A DNA stretch of 64,000 nucleotides from a bacterium (GTDB lineage: Bacteria > Patescibacteriota > Minisyncoccia > Phycocordibacterales > JAGLPS01). Shown here piece after piece: positions 8,877-18,580 of this stretch; positions within the stretch are counted from its first letter, which is position 1; each line of letters opens with the position of its first letter. The translations under genes were made by a program, and so were the position numbers. The notes under the pieces are model-generated. The model worked only from the letters and a program-made list of their open reading frames with translations. It had not been told where the DNA came from and searched no databases. Location of the stretch: positions 87,535-151,534 of the forward strand of contig JAUYHB010000020.1 in NCBI GenBank assembly GCA_030690305.1. Direction: 5' to 3'.

Positions 8877-11261
8877 ATGTCTTTATCCAAGAAAAAAACA
8901 CTTGTGCTTCTCGATGTCCACGCCATAGTGCACAGGGCATATCATGCTCTTCCCGATTTTTCTTCAAGTAAAGGCGAGCCGACGGGAGCTTTGTATGGCC
9001 TTACAACAATGCTTCTTTCCATAATCAAGGAATTTTCTCCCGATTATATTGTCGCCTGCTTCGATCTTCCGGAGCCAACATATCGCCACGAAGCGTATGA
9101 AGATTACAAAGCGGGACGTCCGAAAACCGATGAGGCCCTTGTGTCCCAGTTGGAGCGGGCCAAGGATGTTTTCACCGCATTCGGCATTCCCATGTATTCG
9201 CGTCCCGGCTTTGAAGCCGATGATATGCTCGGAACAATCGTTGAAGAGACGTCAAAAGAAAAAAATCTTAACGTTGTTATCGCGTCCGGCGACATGGACA
9301 CGTTGCAACTTGTTTCCGGCGCCCGTGTCCGTGTGTTTACTCTCAAGAAGGGAATAAAAGACACTATTGTTTATGACGAAAAAGCGGTGGAGGAACGATT
9401 CGGCTTCGGACCGAAACTCCTGATAGATTTCAAAGGACTGCGCGGAGACCCTTCGGATAATATCATTGGTATCAAGGGCATCGGAGAAAAAACGGCAACG
9501 ACTCTTATAACCAATTTTGGAACGATAGAAAATATATATAAGATTCTCAAAAAAAATCCCGAAAAACTTAAAACGGCCGGGCTCTCCGAACGCATCATTT
9601 CTCTTTTGAAAGAAAACGAAGAGGAGGCGGCATTTTCAAAGATGCTCGCAACTATCCGACGCGATGCCCCCATCGATTTTACCCTCAAAAATATCGAATG
9701 GAAGGATCACAAGGATAAAGAAAAAATACTCCGGCTATTCGACGATTTGGATTTCAAAAGCCTCAAGTCACGTCTGCCCGAAATTTTTCCAAATGAAAAA
9801 CTTCCGGAAGTTCCGATTGCGCATACCGAAACCTTGTTTGAAGGTGAAACCCTCGCCGAAGCAAAGGAGGCTCTCATTGCCCTGTGGCTTCTTGATTCAG
9901 ACAAAGTGGACCCTACCGTTGACGACCTGCTGAGATTCTCAAACACGAAATCCATTGAAGTTGCCAAACAATTTGTTTTTTCGGAACTTAAAAAACAAAA
10001 CCTTGAAAAAGTTTTCCAGAACATTGAAAACCCTCTCATGCCTGTTGTCTCCCGAATGAACGAGAAGGGGGTTCTCATTGATACCAAGTGTCTTGAAAAA
10101 CTTTCTTTTGAGTACCATGCGACACTCTCGTCTCTTGAAAAAGAAATTTGGAAATATGCGGGGGAAGAATTTAATGTTAACTCGTCCCAGCAATTGAGTC
10201 GCATTCTTTTTGAGAAACTGAACCTCAGTATTTTGCGCCACAAAAAAACATCAACAGGAGTGAAATCAACAAAAGAATCCGAACTTGAAAAAATGCGTTC
10301 CCTGCATCCGATTATCGACTGCGTATTAAAATACCGGGAGCTCCAAAAATTATTATCGACATACATAGACAATATTCCAAAGATGCTCCCAAAGGACAAA
10401 CGTCTTAGGGCAACTTTCAGGCAGGCCGGAACGACGACAGGCAGAATTTCATCCCACAACCCTAACCTCCAAAATATCCCTATTAAAACAACACTGGGAA
10501 GAAACATTCGAAATGCATTCATAGCGCAAGAAGGGAACTTGCTCGCTTCCTTTGATTATTCACAAATCGAACTGCGCATCGCCGCTTTTCTTTCCGGAGA
10601 CAAAAACCTTATAGATGCATTTAGGGAGGGTACCGATATTCACAGTGCGGTTGCCTCCAAAATATTCAACGTGCCGGTCAGCGCCGTTGACAAAGAAATG
10701 CGCCGTCGTGCAAAAGTTATAAATTTCGGGATTTTATATGGAATGGGTGTCAACGCTCTCAAAGTCAATCTTGGCACTGACAGAAAGGAGGCCCAACAAT
10801 TTTATGATGCATACTTTGAAAATTTCAGTACTCTTGCCGAATACCTTGAGAAAATAAAAGAAAATGCGAAAAAGAACGGTTTTACGGAAACGTTTTTCGG
10901 CCGCAGAAGGCATTTCAAGTCGCTTCGTTCACCGCTGCCTTTCATACGGGCCGCCGCGGAACGCATGGCCGTCAATGCCCCGTTTCAGGGTACATCGGCG
11001 GACATTATAAAAATTGCCATGGTTCACGCTCACCACTATTTGAAAGAAAACAATTTACTCAATAGAGCGGAACTCATTCTTCAGGTTCACGACGAACTCG
11101 TGTATGAGATTGAAGAATCGGTGGTTCAAAAAATTGTTCCCGCTATCCGCTCCATAATGGAGTCAATAATTCCCAAGGAGAAAACGGAGGGCATACCGCT
11201 TGAGGTAAATGTCGAAATAGGAAAAAGCTGGGGAGAGATGGGGCCTTTTCAACAGAAATGA
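8877..11261 (+). CDS. polA: DNA polymerase I (5' nuclease plus polymerase domains; the 3'-5' exonuclease domain is absent or vestigial at 794 aa)
   Basis: Family A motifs RRAKVINFGILYGMG and QVHDELVYE. The N-terminal 5'-3' exonuclease region is present. Confidence 0.85.
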   Translation: MSLSKKKTLVLLDVHAIVHRAYHALPDFSSSKGEPTGALYGLTTMLLSIIKEFSPDYIVACFDLPEPTYRHEAYEDYKAGRPKTDEALVSQLERAKDVFTAFGIPMYSRPGFEADDMLGTIVEETSKEKNLNVVIASGDMDTLQLVSGARVRVFTLKKGIKDTIVYDEKAVEERFGFGPKLLIDFKGLRGDPSDNIIGIKGIGEKTATTLITNFGTIENIYKILKKNPEKLKTAGLSERIISLLKENEEEAAFSKMLATIRRDAPIDFTLKNIEWKDHKDKEKILRLFDDLDFKSLKSRLPEIFPNEKLPEVPIAHTETLFEGETLAEAKEALIALWLLDSDKVDPTVDDLLRFSNTKSIEVAKQFVFSELKKQNLEKVFQNIENPLMPVVSRMNEKGVLIDTKCLEKLSFEYHATLSSLEKEIWKYAGEEFNVNSSQQLSRILFEKLNLSILRHKKTSTGVKSTKESELEKMRSLHPIIDCVLKYRELQKLLSTYIDNIPKMLPKDKRLRATFRQAGTTTGRISSHNPNLQNIPIKTTLGRNIRNAFIAQEGNLLASFDYSQIELRIAAFLSGDKNLIDAFREGTDIHSAVASKIFNVPVSAVDKEMRRRAKVINFGILYGMGVNALKVNLGTDRKEAQQFYDAYFENFSTLAEYLEKIKENAKKNGFTETFFGRRRHFKSLRSPLPFIRAAAERMAVNAPFQGTSADIIKIAMVHAHHYLKENNLLNRAELILQVHDELVYEIEESVVQKIVPAIRSIMESIIPKEKTEGIPLEVNVEIGKSWGEMGPFQQK

Positions 11262-11974
11262 TTTACTTTTTTTACGGAAAAAATACGAAGGCGCTGAGGA
11301 CGAAACTTCATGTGTTTATTGATGTGCTTTTGGGAAAGAAGCCCGACGCATCCGTTGTTTTTATCGATAAAAACTCGTGGTCGGAAGAAAAATTTGAAAA
11401 TTTAATCGAAGCCCAGGGGCTTTTTTCTGAAAAAAATATTATTGTTCTTGATTCCCTTTTTGAGGAAAAAGAAATTGAGCCCGCATTAACACGAACCCTT
11501 TCCTCTCTTAAACAATCAAAAAACATATTTGTCATTATTGAAAAAGCCCCCTCTTCCGTTCTTCGTTCCCGAATAGAGAAATCGTCGGAGAAGACGCAAT
11601 TTTTCGATATTTCAGATGAAAAAGACGAGAAAAAACCGAACGTGTTTTCTCTCACCGACGCGGTTTCCCAAGGCGACAGAAGAAAGGCGTGGGTGTTGTA
11701 TGAAAAATTTATCCGACAAGGGGTTTCAGCGGAAGAAATTCATGGTGCATTGTTCTGGCAAATAAAAGCCCTGTCACTTTCACTTACCTCAAAAACCGCC
11801 GTAGAGGCGGGACTTCATCCGTTTGTCTTTTCAAAATCAAAAACTGCCGCGGTAAAACAGGGCAAACAAAAGACGGAAGAAATGCTTTCTTCTCTTGTGC
11901 GAATGTATCATGAGTCTCGAAGGGGGGGAGAGGGTCTGGAAGACGCTCTTGAGCTTTTTATTCTTGAGTATTAG
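11258..11974 (+). CDS. holA: DNA polymerase III delta subunit-like (short form)
   Basis: N-terminus MIYFFYG... resembles HolA. Overlaps the polA stop by 4 nt. Weak overall similarity. Confidence 0.5.
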   Translation: MIYFFYGKNTKALRTKLHVFIDVLLGKKPDASVVFIDKNSWSEEKFENLIEAQGLFSEKNIIVLDSLFEEKEIEPALTRTLSSLKQSKNIFVIIEKAPSSVLRSRIEKSSEKTQFFDISDEKDEKKPNVFSLTDAVSQGDRRKAWVLYEKFIRQGVSAEEIHGALFWQIKALSLSLTSKTAVEAGLHPFVFSKSKTAAVKQGKQKTEEMLSSLVRMYHESRRGGEGLEDALELFILEY

Positions 11975-12114
11975 TCAACTCCTACATCATGCGTTCCATC
12001 TTCGCATACGCATAGTTCAAGGACTTGGCCTTTGTGCGAACATTCTTCCGTCTCGCACACTCCCGGCTTGTCGGAGACCGCTTTGCACTCCCCGCGGCAA
12101 ACAAAGTGTTCCAT
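11971..12114 (-). CDS. Candidate small Cys-rich protein (47 aa: MEHFVCRGECKAVSDKPGVCETEECSHKGQVLELCVCEDGTHDVGVD). It is not in the ORF track because it is under 60 aa.
   Basis: Manual translation. TATAAT lies 7 nt upstream of the ATG. Local GC-rich patch. Six Cys and three His residues. Confidence 0.3.
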   Translation of the reverse strand: MEHFVCRGECKAVSDKPGVCETEECSHKGQVLELCVCEDGTHDVGVD

Positions 12115-12302
12115 GGGGATATTATATAACAAAAGAGAGAATGGTTGTCGTCACAGGTATTTTTCCTAACGGAAAAATTCTGCGATCCCGGCTCGTGTAA
12201 ACAATGCAGGATTCGGTCACAAATTTTTTGTCCTCACGCATAAAATTCTGCTGAATTTTTGCGCGAGCCCAACTCGCGCCGTCGCGCTCCGTCTCGGACA
12301 CG

Positions 12303-12330
12303 TAAACAAAAATAGCGCCTAAGCGCTATG
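12303..12330 (-). terminator. Intrinsic terminator downstream of tRNA-Lys (minus strand)
   Basis: atagcgc-ttag-gcgctat hairpin followed by a U run on the minus strand. Confidence 0.55.
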
Positions 12331-12342
12331 TTTTGATTCGTG

Positions 12343-12415
12343 TCCGCCCAGCAGGATTCGAACCTGCGACCGTTTGCTTAAAAGGCAACTGCTCTACCAA
12401 CTGAGCTATGGGCGG
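12343..12415 (-). tRNA. tRNA-Lys (anticodon TTT)
   Basis: Manual cloverleaf: acceptor CCGCCCA/TGGGCGG, D arm GCTC AGTTGGTA GAGC, anticodon loop CTTTTAA, T arm GCAGG TTCGAAT CCTGC. Confidence 0.85.
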
Positions 12416-12521
12416 ATATACTAATTTCAAATTAACACTTTTGCCGCTATCTACCAAAACGGCCGCAAGCAGTAATTACCGATTACGATTTTATACCACA
12501 CAAAACAATAATCGGGAAGAA

Positions 12522-12923
12522 CTAAAGAGGGATATCAAAGGCAAAAAACCCCGCACCGGAGAAGAGAAGTGAAAGAGAGATTACGAAGAGAAGAAGATAA
12601 AAAGCAAGCTCCCGTTTTAATATACTCTCCTCTCTGTACTCAACCAAGAGCTCCGCAAGGAAAAGAGCCGAAAACAGAAGCGCGAAGGCCTGGGTCCATA
12701 AACCGATGACGAAAAAAATACCTCCTGCAATCTGAAACACTCCGTACCCGGAAGCAAAGACTTTTTCGGGAATACGCAGAAGATTTCCTACATTTTCCCA
12801 TTGTTTTCTTTCCCCCTTAAAAGAAAGGTATCCAAGATTAATTAAGACAAAACCGATCGATATACGCAAAAGAAACGGTGCGACAAGGCCGTATGTCAGT
12901 AGTTCTGGAAAAAGAGTTAACAT
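12522..12923 (-). CDS. DoxX family membrane protein
   Basis: Four predicted TM segments. Size and pattern typical of DoxX. Confidence 0.6.
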   Translation of the reverse strand: MLTLFPELLTYGLVAPFLLRISIGFVLINLGYLSFKGERKQWENVGNLLRIPEKVFASGYGVFQIAGGIFFVIGLWTQAFALLFSALFLAELLVEYREESILKRELAFYLLLFVISLSLLFSGAGFFAFDIPL

Positions 12924-12947
12924 GGTGGTATTGTACCATACACATCC

Positions 12948-13442
12948 ATGTCTTCTACATCCGGCCCTGTTTCTCTGATTCTTAATGACATCCGTAGCGT
13001 ATACAACGTCGGTTCGATTTTTCGTACCGCCGATGCGGCCGGAGTTTCAAAAATTTTTCTTACAGGATACACTCCCACGCCCGTTGACCGATTTGGCCGC
13101 TCGCGGAAAGATTTTGCAAAAGTGTCTCTTGGTTCGGAAAAAAGTGTTGAGTGGGAAAGTTGCGCAGACATTGAATCCTTGCTTGTCTCTCTCAAAAAAC
13201 AAGGCGTCACCATAATTGCCCTTGAGCAAACGCACAATGCACTCGACTATCGGACTATACAACCTCATTATCCGCTAGCACTTGTCTACGGAAACGAAAC
13301 GGAAGGCGTGCCTTCCGGGATTCTAAAACACTGCGATATGTCGGCCTACATACCCATGAGAGGAGAAAAAGAATCTCTCAATGTTTCCGTTGCCGTGGGT
13401 ATTTCACTTTTTAAATTTACGGAAGGCGATTCCTTGGATTAG
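12948..13442 (+). CDS. SpoU/TrmH family RNA 2'-O-methyltransferase
   Basis: SPOUT motifs: NVGSIFRTADAAG and LVYGNETEG. Confidence 0.8.
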   Translation: MSSTSGPVSLILNDIRSVYNVGSIFRTADAAGVSKIFLTGYTPTPVDRFGRSRKDFAKVSLGSEKSVEWESCADIESLLVSLKKQGVTIIALEQTHNALDYRTIQPHYPLALVYGNETEGVPSGILKHCDMSAYIPMRGEKESLNVSVAVGISLFKFTEGDSLD

Positions 13443-14365
13443 CGACGCGCATACGTGTCAACCGTTTTTCCGTTCTCGTCGATAAGCCGTATGGTTTCTC
13501 GTTTGTTGAGCCAGAGGGACTCGTTTCGTCCGAGATAGATTCTCCACTGCGTTCCAAAAAAATCGGAATCATTTCGGTGCAAGGAAAGGCATCCCTGATA
13601 ACCCACTTTTTCGTATATGAACGCCACGCACTCTGAGGAGAACGTAACGGGGAGTGGTTTCGTGTTAAGACGGCATCGTGACATTCGTTCAATAAAATCA
13701 AAGCAAGAAAAATTTGCGGGAACGTAAGGAATCGAACGCAAATCTTCATTTTCAGGAAGGGGGCACTGTTGGGGAAGAGTGGGGGAAAATGAATTGAACT
13801 GATTCAAATACCCTGTGCACTTATTTGTCTTAAAAGAAAGCCCCAAAGGGGACATTCCCGTAGTAATGACCGCGGTGTTTCCCGGCAACAACACTACAAA
13901 ATCATTTTGTGAACTCGTATTCGGATAATATACCGCCGCTCCCTTTCCAATAGCAACACTTTTACCCGTGGAGTCGCTTTTTAATTGCCAACCGCTGATC
14001 GTGACATTTTCTTTGCTTGACTGGGAAAGTGAAATAGTGACGTACTCTTTTTTCGGGTCAACGGAACCAAGCCCGCTTACCCCTTTTATTGAAACCGTAT
14101 CAGCGTATGGAGAACGATTTTTCTCTTCGATAAGCGAAGTCAGTTCCTCTCCCACTTTTTGTATACTTCTCTCAACGCTTTTTATATCCTTTTCAATGTC
14201 AGTGGCGGTTACCGCGCCATCCTTCCCGGTTCCTTTCTCAAGACTATTTCCATAATCGCGGACTTCCGCAAGGTTCTGCGAATTACCCCTATCAACGCTT
14301 ACCGCATACAAAGCAAGCCCTAAAACAACGGCGATAATGAGGGGGGCGACACTGTTTTGTTGCAT
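13439..14365 (-). CDS. Membrane-anchored hypothetical protein with a lamin-tail-like beta domain and a Cys-rich C-terminal region
   Basis: N-terminal TM helix. The segment TISGWQLKSDSTGKSV...VVLLPGNTAVITTG resembles a lamin-tail domain. Last gene of the ruvA-murE-mutM operon. Confidence 0.5.
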   Translation of the reverse strand: MQQNSVAPLIIAVVLGLALYAVSVDRGNSQNLAEVRDYGNSLEKGTGKDGAVTATDIEKDIKSVERSIQKVGEELTSLIEEKNRSPYADTVSIKGVSGLGSVDPKKEYVTISLSQSSKENVTISGWQLKSDSTGKSVAIGKGAAVYYPNTSSQNDFVVLLPGNTAVITTGMSPLGLSFKTNKCTGYLNQFNSFSPTLPQQCPLPENEDLRSIPYVPANFSCFDFIERMSRCRLNTKPLPVTFSSECVAFIYEKVGYQGCLSLHRNDSDFFGTQWRIYLGRNESLWLNKRETIRLIDENGKTVDTYARR

Positions 14366-14369
14366 GCCC

Positions 14370-15293
14370 TTATTCTATGGCTTTTTGGTGTACAGGGCAA
14401 AAATGGGCGCTTCTCCCGGAAACCAAAATACGAACTATTTTCCCACCACACTTTTTCTTTTTGCATACTTGTCCGGTCTTTCGATACGCCATATGGGCAC
14501 CTTGAAATGCCCCGCGCATCCCGTTGATGTCGCGGTAATCCGATGTAGAATCGCCACGAAAATCGATTCCTTTTCGTAGTATTGTTTTAAGGGAGGAAAA
14601 TACCTTTTTCATTTGTGTATTTCCAAGAAAGCGGATTTCTTGGAGAGGGTGAATGCCGCTTGCCCACAAAATCTCATCGGAATAGATATTCCCGATACCC
14701 GCAATGACGGTCTGATCCAGGAGCACCTTTTTTATCGGCCCTTTTTTCTCCGATAAAATCTTTTTGAATTTTTTGTATGTAAATTCTTTTTCAAGAGGTT
14801 CGGGGCCGAGCCCGTTTATTTCTTTTTGCTCAGGCTCTTCTTTTTTGGGGAATATCGAAATTCTGGCAAATTTTCTCATGTCGGAAAGCACAAGGTGTTT
14901 CCCGTCCGATAATGAAAAAACCAAATGCACAAAGCGATTGAAAGAGTCTTTTAACGGACCTTCTTCGACCGCTTCCCATACCTCCTTATTTTTTCCGACA
15001 AGCGTTTTTTTATATGCACCGTATAGGAAATGCCCTGTCATTTTCATATGGACCAAAATCACACTTCCGTTTGAAAGGTCTATGAGGATGTTTTTTCCAC
15101 GTCTTCGCACACCGATTATTTTCGCTCCGGTGACTACTTTGGAAAAAGCTTTAAAATAAAGAGGATTCTTTATTTCCTTTTTATTACGGTAATGATTGGA
15201 AAAGTAATCACTCCATACGGCATGAATAACGCTCCCGCGAGCGGTCTTGTTTATTCCTTTAACGGTTGTATGGACCTCGGGTAATTCGGGCAC
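14370..15293 (-). CDS. mutM: Formamidopyrimidine-DNA glycosylase (Fpg/Nei family)
   Basis: N-terminus MPELPEV (catalytic Pro2) and a C-terminal Cys4 zinc finger. Confidence 0.8.
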   Translation of the reverse strand: MPELPEVHTTVKGINKTARGSVIHAVWSDYFSNHYRNKKEIKNPLYFKAFSKVVTGAKIIGVRRRGKNILIDLSNGSVILVHMKMTGHFLYGAYKKTLVGKNKEVWEAVEEGPLKDSFNRFVHLVFSLSDGKHLVLSDMRKFARISIFPKKEEPEQKEINGLGPEPLEKEFTYKKFKKILSEKKGPIKKVLLDQTVIAGIGNIYSDEILWASGIHPLQEIRFLGNTQMKKVFSSLKTILRKGIDFRGDSTSDYRDINGMRGAFQGAHMAYRKTGQVCKKKKCGGKIVRILVSGRSAHFCPVHQKAIE

Positions 15294-15307
15294 GTTTTTC
15301 TTTTTGC

Positions 15308-16588
15308 CTAGCGTGTTGTAAGAATCTTTTCAATCTCTTCACGGGCGACGGTTGCGTCATCCCACGGTATTTTCGTTCCGTCTTTTTCCATAATATAGGG
15401 GTCGGTACCTTTGCCGGTAATAAAAACAACATCACCCTTTTTGGCATCCTCGATTCCTTTGCGTATGGCTTCCCGCCGATTAAGTACGGTATACACGTGT
15501 TTGTTTTTTATTCCTTTACCTATATCGAGAAGTATGGCTTGCGGGTCTTCGTCATACGGGTCTTCGTTTGTAAGAATGATTTCCTTGCAGTGGGCACTTG
15601 CGATCTCTCCCATTTTCACACGTTTCCATTTGTCCCGTCCTCCTCCCGTTCCTCCCAAAACGCATATCTTATTTTTATCCTCAAAAACTTTATACGCTTT
15701 TTCAAGAGAATCGGCGGTGTGGGCGTAGTCGACGATAACATCAAAATTTTGTCGTGTTTGAAGCGATGGGGAGGACAGACAGACACGTTCCATTCTGCCC
15801 CTTACTCCTCTGAATCCTTCCAGCGCGTTTGCGATCACTTCAAGACTTATGTCCTGTGTGCGTGCATATGTAACGGCGCCAAGAATGTTGTACGTATTAA
15901 ACATTCCCGGAAGGTGCGAGTGCATTTTTTTCCCGTCAATCGTAATATCAATTCCGTCTTTTCCCGTCGAATGCGCGGTAGCATCTTCAAGCGAGTATGT
16001 GTATGTTTCACTTGCGGAAATTGGAAGGAAACACGCCGACTCTCTGTCGTCTTTGTTCACAACAAGAACCGTTCTTTTTTTAGAAGACCGCTCAAGTTTG
16101 CGTGCGATGGAAAGCTTGGCTTCTTTGTATTTTTCATACGAGCCGTGCGATTCAATATGCTCGGGAGAAAGGTTTGTGACAATAAGTGCGTCAAGTTCTA
16201 TAAAACGGTGACGGAACTGTTTTGCTCCCTCGGAACTCATTTCAATGACCGCATATGTGCACCCGCTCTTGATTGCTTTCCGCAAAAAACGTTGAAGAAA
16301 AAAACGTCCCGGCATCGTCATTTTAAGCATGTTTCTTTCCGAACGATGTCCGATTTTGAAACGAAGCGTACTCGCAAGAGCCGTTGAGTAACCCGCTTCT
16401 TCAAGAATGGCGTTCACTAGCTCGGTTGTCGTCGTTTTTCCCTTTGTCCCCGTGACAGCAACCACATGGATATTTCGTGATGGGAAACCGTACGCGAGGG
16501 CGGCAAGCCACGCGACAGAAAAGTGATATGCGGGCAAAAGTGCCGAGAGCAGGGACCTTGGAATTATTTTTTTTACAAACGAAAGCAT
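15308..16588 (-). CDS. murE: Mur ligase, MurE-like (UDP-MurNAc-L-Ala-D-Glu:diamino acid ligase)
   Basis: P-loop VAVTGTKGKTTTTE and DYAHTADSLEKA (MurE: DYAHTPDALEKAL). Confidence 0.7.
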   Translation of the reverse strand: MLSFVKKIIPRSLLSALLPAYHFSVAWLAALAYGFPSRNIHVVAVTGTKGKTTTTELVNAILEEAGYSTALASTLRFKIGHRSERNMLKMTMPGRFFLQRFLRKAIKSGCTYAVIEMSSEGAKQFRHRFIELDALIVTNLSPEHIESHGSYEKYKEAKLSIARKLERSSKKRTVLVVNKDDRESACFLPISASETYTYSLEDATAHSTGKDGIDITIDGKKMHSHLPGMFNTYNILGAVTYARTQDISLEVIANALEGFRGVRGRMERVCLSSPSLQTRQNFDVIVDYAHTADSLEKAYKVFEDKNKICVLGGTGGGRDKWKRVKMGEIASAHCKEIILTNEDPYDEDPQAILLDIGKGIKNKHVYTVLNRREAIRKGIEDAKKGDVVFITGKGTDPYIMEKDGTKIPWDDATVAREEIEKILTTR

Positions 16589-17172
16589 TATTTTCTTTTT
16601 GAACCTAAAATGCGCATCGCCTCTTTAACTTTCTCTCCCGTGTCGACGATGTTCGCATCTATTTTTTGAAATGCGTCGCGAACATCTCTTTGCGTGTAAC
16701 CAAGGGCGGTCAGGGCCTCGAGTGCGTCAATTTCATTTTCAAGTCCCGCATGCCCTTCCATGTCTTTGAACTTGTCTTTAAGGCCAAGCATTATTTTTTC
16801 TGCACTTTTTTTTCCGATACCCGAAACTTTTATCAAATGAGACGTATCACCCAACGATATTCCTTGCTTCAGTGTTTTTACCGATGCGGCGTCAAGAACG
16901 GAAAGCGCCGACTTTGGCCCGATGCCCTGAACGGTAAGCAGTTGCTCGAAAAATTCTATATCTTCTCTTGTTTCGAACCCATACAGGTCGATGGCATTTT
17001 CCCGAACTGCCGTATGAATCCAGAATGCTTTTTCTTTTTCTTCCGAAATTCCGCTCAACACGGCCGAAGTTACAAACACCTTGTATCCGATTCCGTCGGT
17101 TTCAATGATGAGGTGGTTTGATCCTCTATACACAACAACACCTTTTAGCCTTCCTATCATGGTATCTATCAT
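16588..17172 (-). CDS. ruvA: Holliday junction helicase subunit RuvA
   Basis: N-terminal OB fold (MIGRLKG...), HhH motifs (GIGPKSA, GIGKKSAEKI) and a C-terminal domain. Confidence 0.85.
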   Translation of the reverse strand: MIDTMIGRLKGVVVYRGSNHLIIETDGIGYKVFVTSAVLSGISEEKEKAFWIHTAVRENAIDLYGFETREDIEFFEQLLTVQGIGPKSALSVLDAASVKTLKQGISLGDTSHLIKVSGIGKKSAEKIMLGLKDKFKDMEGHAGLENEIDALEALTALGYTQRDVRDAFQKIDANIVDTGEKVKEAMRILGSKRK

Positions 17173-17323
17173 ACATCAGTCTCTTAAAACGGCTACTTTA
17201 TTCGCTAAATGAGTGAGTGAAGTGCGCATGTTTTCATGCGCACTCCCGAGCGAGTGGGGCGAACAAGAAGTTTAATACCGATTATTGCATTTTATCCTTT
17301 CATTTGTTAGGATAATTTTCACT

Positions 17324-17587
17324 ATGGCAATCACGAAATCGGCAAAAAAAGTTCTGCGCGCATCAAAACATAAGCGTGTTTTCAATATTCACAGGAAAGA
17401 AACTCTTACCGATGTTCTCAAGCGTTTGAGACGGGCGATTGTCGCTGGAAATAAAGCAGAAGCTTTGAAGCTTGTGCCAGAATTTCAGAAAGCGGTGGAT
17501 AAAGCACAAAAGCGCGGGGTTATAAAGAAAAACACCGCGGACAGGAAAAAGTCCCGCATGTTCGCTTCAATAAAAAAAATCTCTTAA
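17324..17587 (+). CDS. rpsT: 30S ribosomal protein S20
   Basis: MAITKSAKK... basic helical protein. Start trimmed from the 17285 ORF. Confidence 0.85.
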   Translation: MAITKSAKKVLRASKHKRVFNIHRKETLTDVLKRLRRAIVAGNKAEALKLVPEFQKAVDKAQKRGVIKKNTADRKKSRMFASIKKIS

Positions 17588-17617
17588 AACCCTCCGTTCG
17601 GAGGGTTTGTTGTTTTA
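17586..17617 (+). terminator. Intrinsic terminator after rpsT
   Basis: aaaaccctccg-ttcg-gagggttt followed by gttgtttt. Confidence 0.7.
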
Positions 17618-17698
17618 GAACCCCCCTTATGCTTATATAAGGCAAGAAAATGCAAAATAGCACCTTTACAAACTACAGACGCAGAAAGGAGCGGTTAT

Positions 17699-18580
17699 AT
17701 GATCCGCATATTCGTACTTGGTCCCGAGGGGACTAATTCACATGAGGCGGCGAAGAAATTTTCACAATCGCTCCCTTCCGAAGGTACTTTCGAGTTTTGC
17801 GAAACAAACAGAGAGGCTCTCGAGCGTGCTCTGCATGACAGGGATAGTCTCGCTGTTGTTCCGGTAGAAAACGGAAGTGCCGGTTATGTGGGGGACGTTC
17901 TTCGTGGTTTCTGGCTTGCCCAGCTTGCCGAAAATGTCTTATGTCCGCTTAAGGTGGAGGCGGAACTTGAACTCCCCATCTCTCATCACCTTCTTGTTCA
18001 TCGCTCGGTATCTTCAATGGAAGGTATCGAAGAGGTGATATCACACCCTCAGGCGCTTGAACAATGCTCCGCACACTTGAAAGAGCTGAACGTGAGAATT
18101 AAGGCCGATACAAGCACCGCCGCCGCTGCAAAATGCATTGCCGAAGGCGAACACTTGAAAAAGGCTGCCGTCGCGACCGCATTTGCGGCGAAAATATACG
18201 GATTGAAAATCCTGCACGCGAATATTGAGGATTTCTCATCCAATGCCACACGTTTTCATCTTGTGGGGCGTAAGTATATGGAACCTACAGGGAAGGACAG
18301 GACAGCGGTCATGTTCCGCTTGCCCGGCAGAGAAAACAAAGCCGGCTCGCTCATCTCGTCTCTTTTAATTACGAGGGATAAGGGGATTAATATGACGCAG
18401 TTCCATTCTATCCCTGTCGGGAAACTCGGACATTACGCATTCTATTGCGAGTTTGAGTGTCATGCCGATGATGAAAAAGGCTTGGCCCTTGTTTCTCATC
18501 TTCGAAAACAAAGTGAGGGCCAACTGTTTATTCTCGGCTCCTTTCCTCGTTTCTGCGAGAGAAAGGAGGGGGAAAAATGA
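17699..18580 (+). CDS. pheA: Prephenate dehydratase with a C-terminal ACT domain
   Basis: PDT domain (GPEGTNSHEAA) followed by an ACT-like segment. Confidence 0.8.
   Translation: MIRIFVLGPEGTNSHEAAKKFSQSLPSEGTFEFCETNREALERALHDRDSLAVVPVENGSAGYVGDVLRGFWLAQLAENVLCPLKVEAELELPISHHLLVHRSVSSMEGIEEVISHPQALEQCSAHLKELNVRIKADTSTAAAAKCIAEGEHLKKAAVATAFAAKIYGLKILHANIEDFSSNATRFHLVGRKYMEPTGKDRTAVMFRLPGRENKAGSLISSLLITRDKGINMTQFHSIPVGKLGHYAFYCEFECHADDEKGLALVSHLRKQSEGQLFILGSFPRFCERKEGEK

Noticed and set aside
9707-10522. 271-aa minus-strand ORF inside polA (and similar long antisense ORFs at 15266-16387, 6356-6904, 6597-7139, 50607-51263 and 21452-22021)
   Set aside because: Each lies entirely within and antisense to a well-supported conserved gene and gives a low-complexity translation. 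These are typical shadow ORFs.
11895-12200. 101-aa plus-strand ORF overlapping the holA 3' end
   Set aside because: Out of frame with holA and no features. The opposite-strand 47-aa Cys-rich ORF with a TATAAT box explains the region better.
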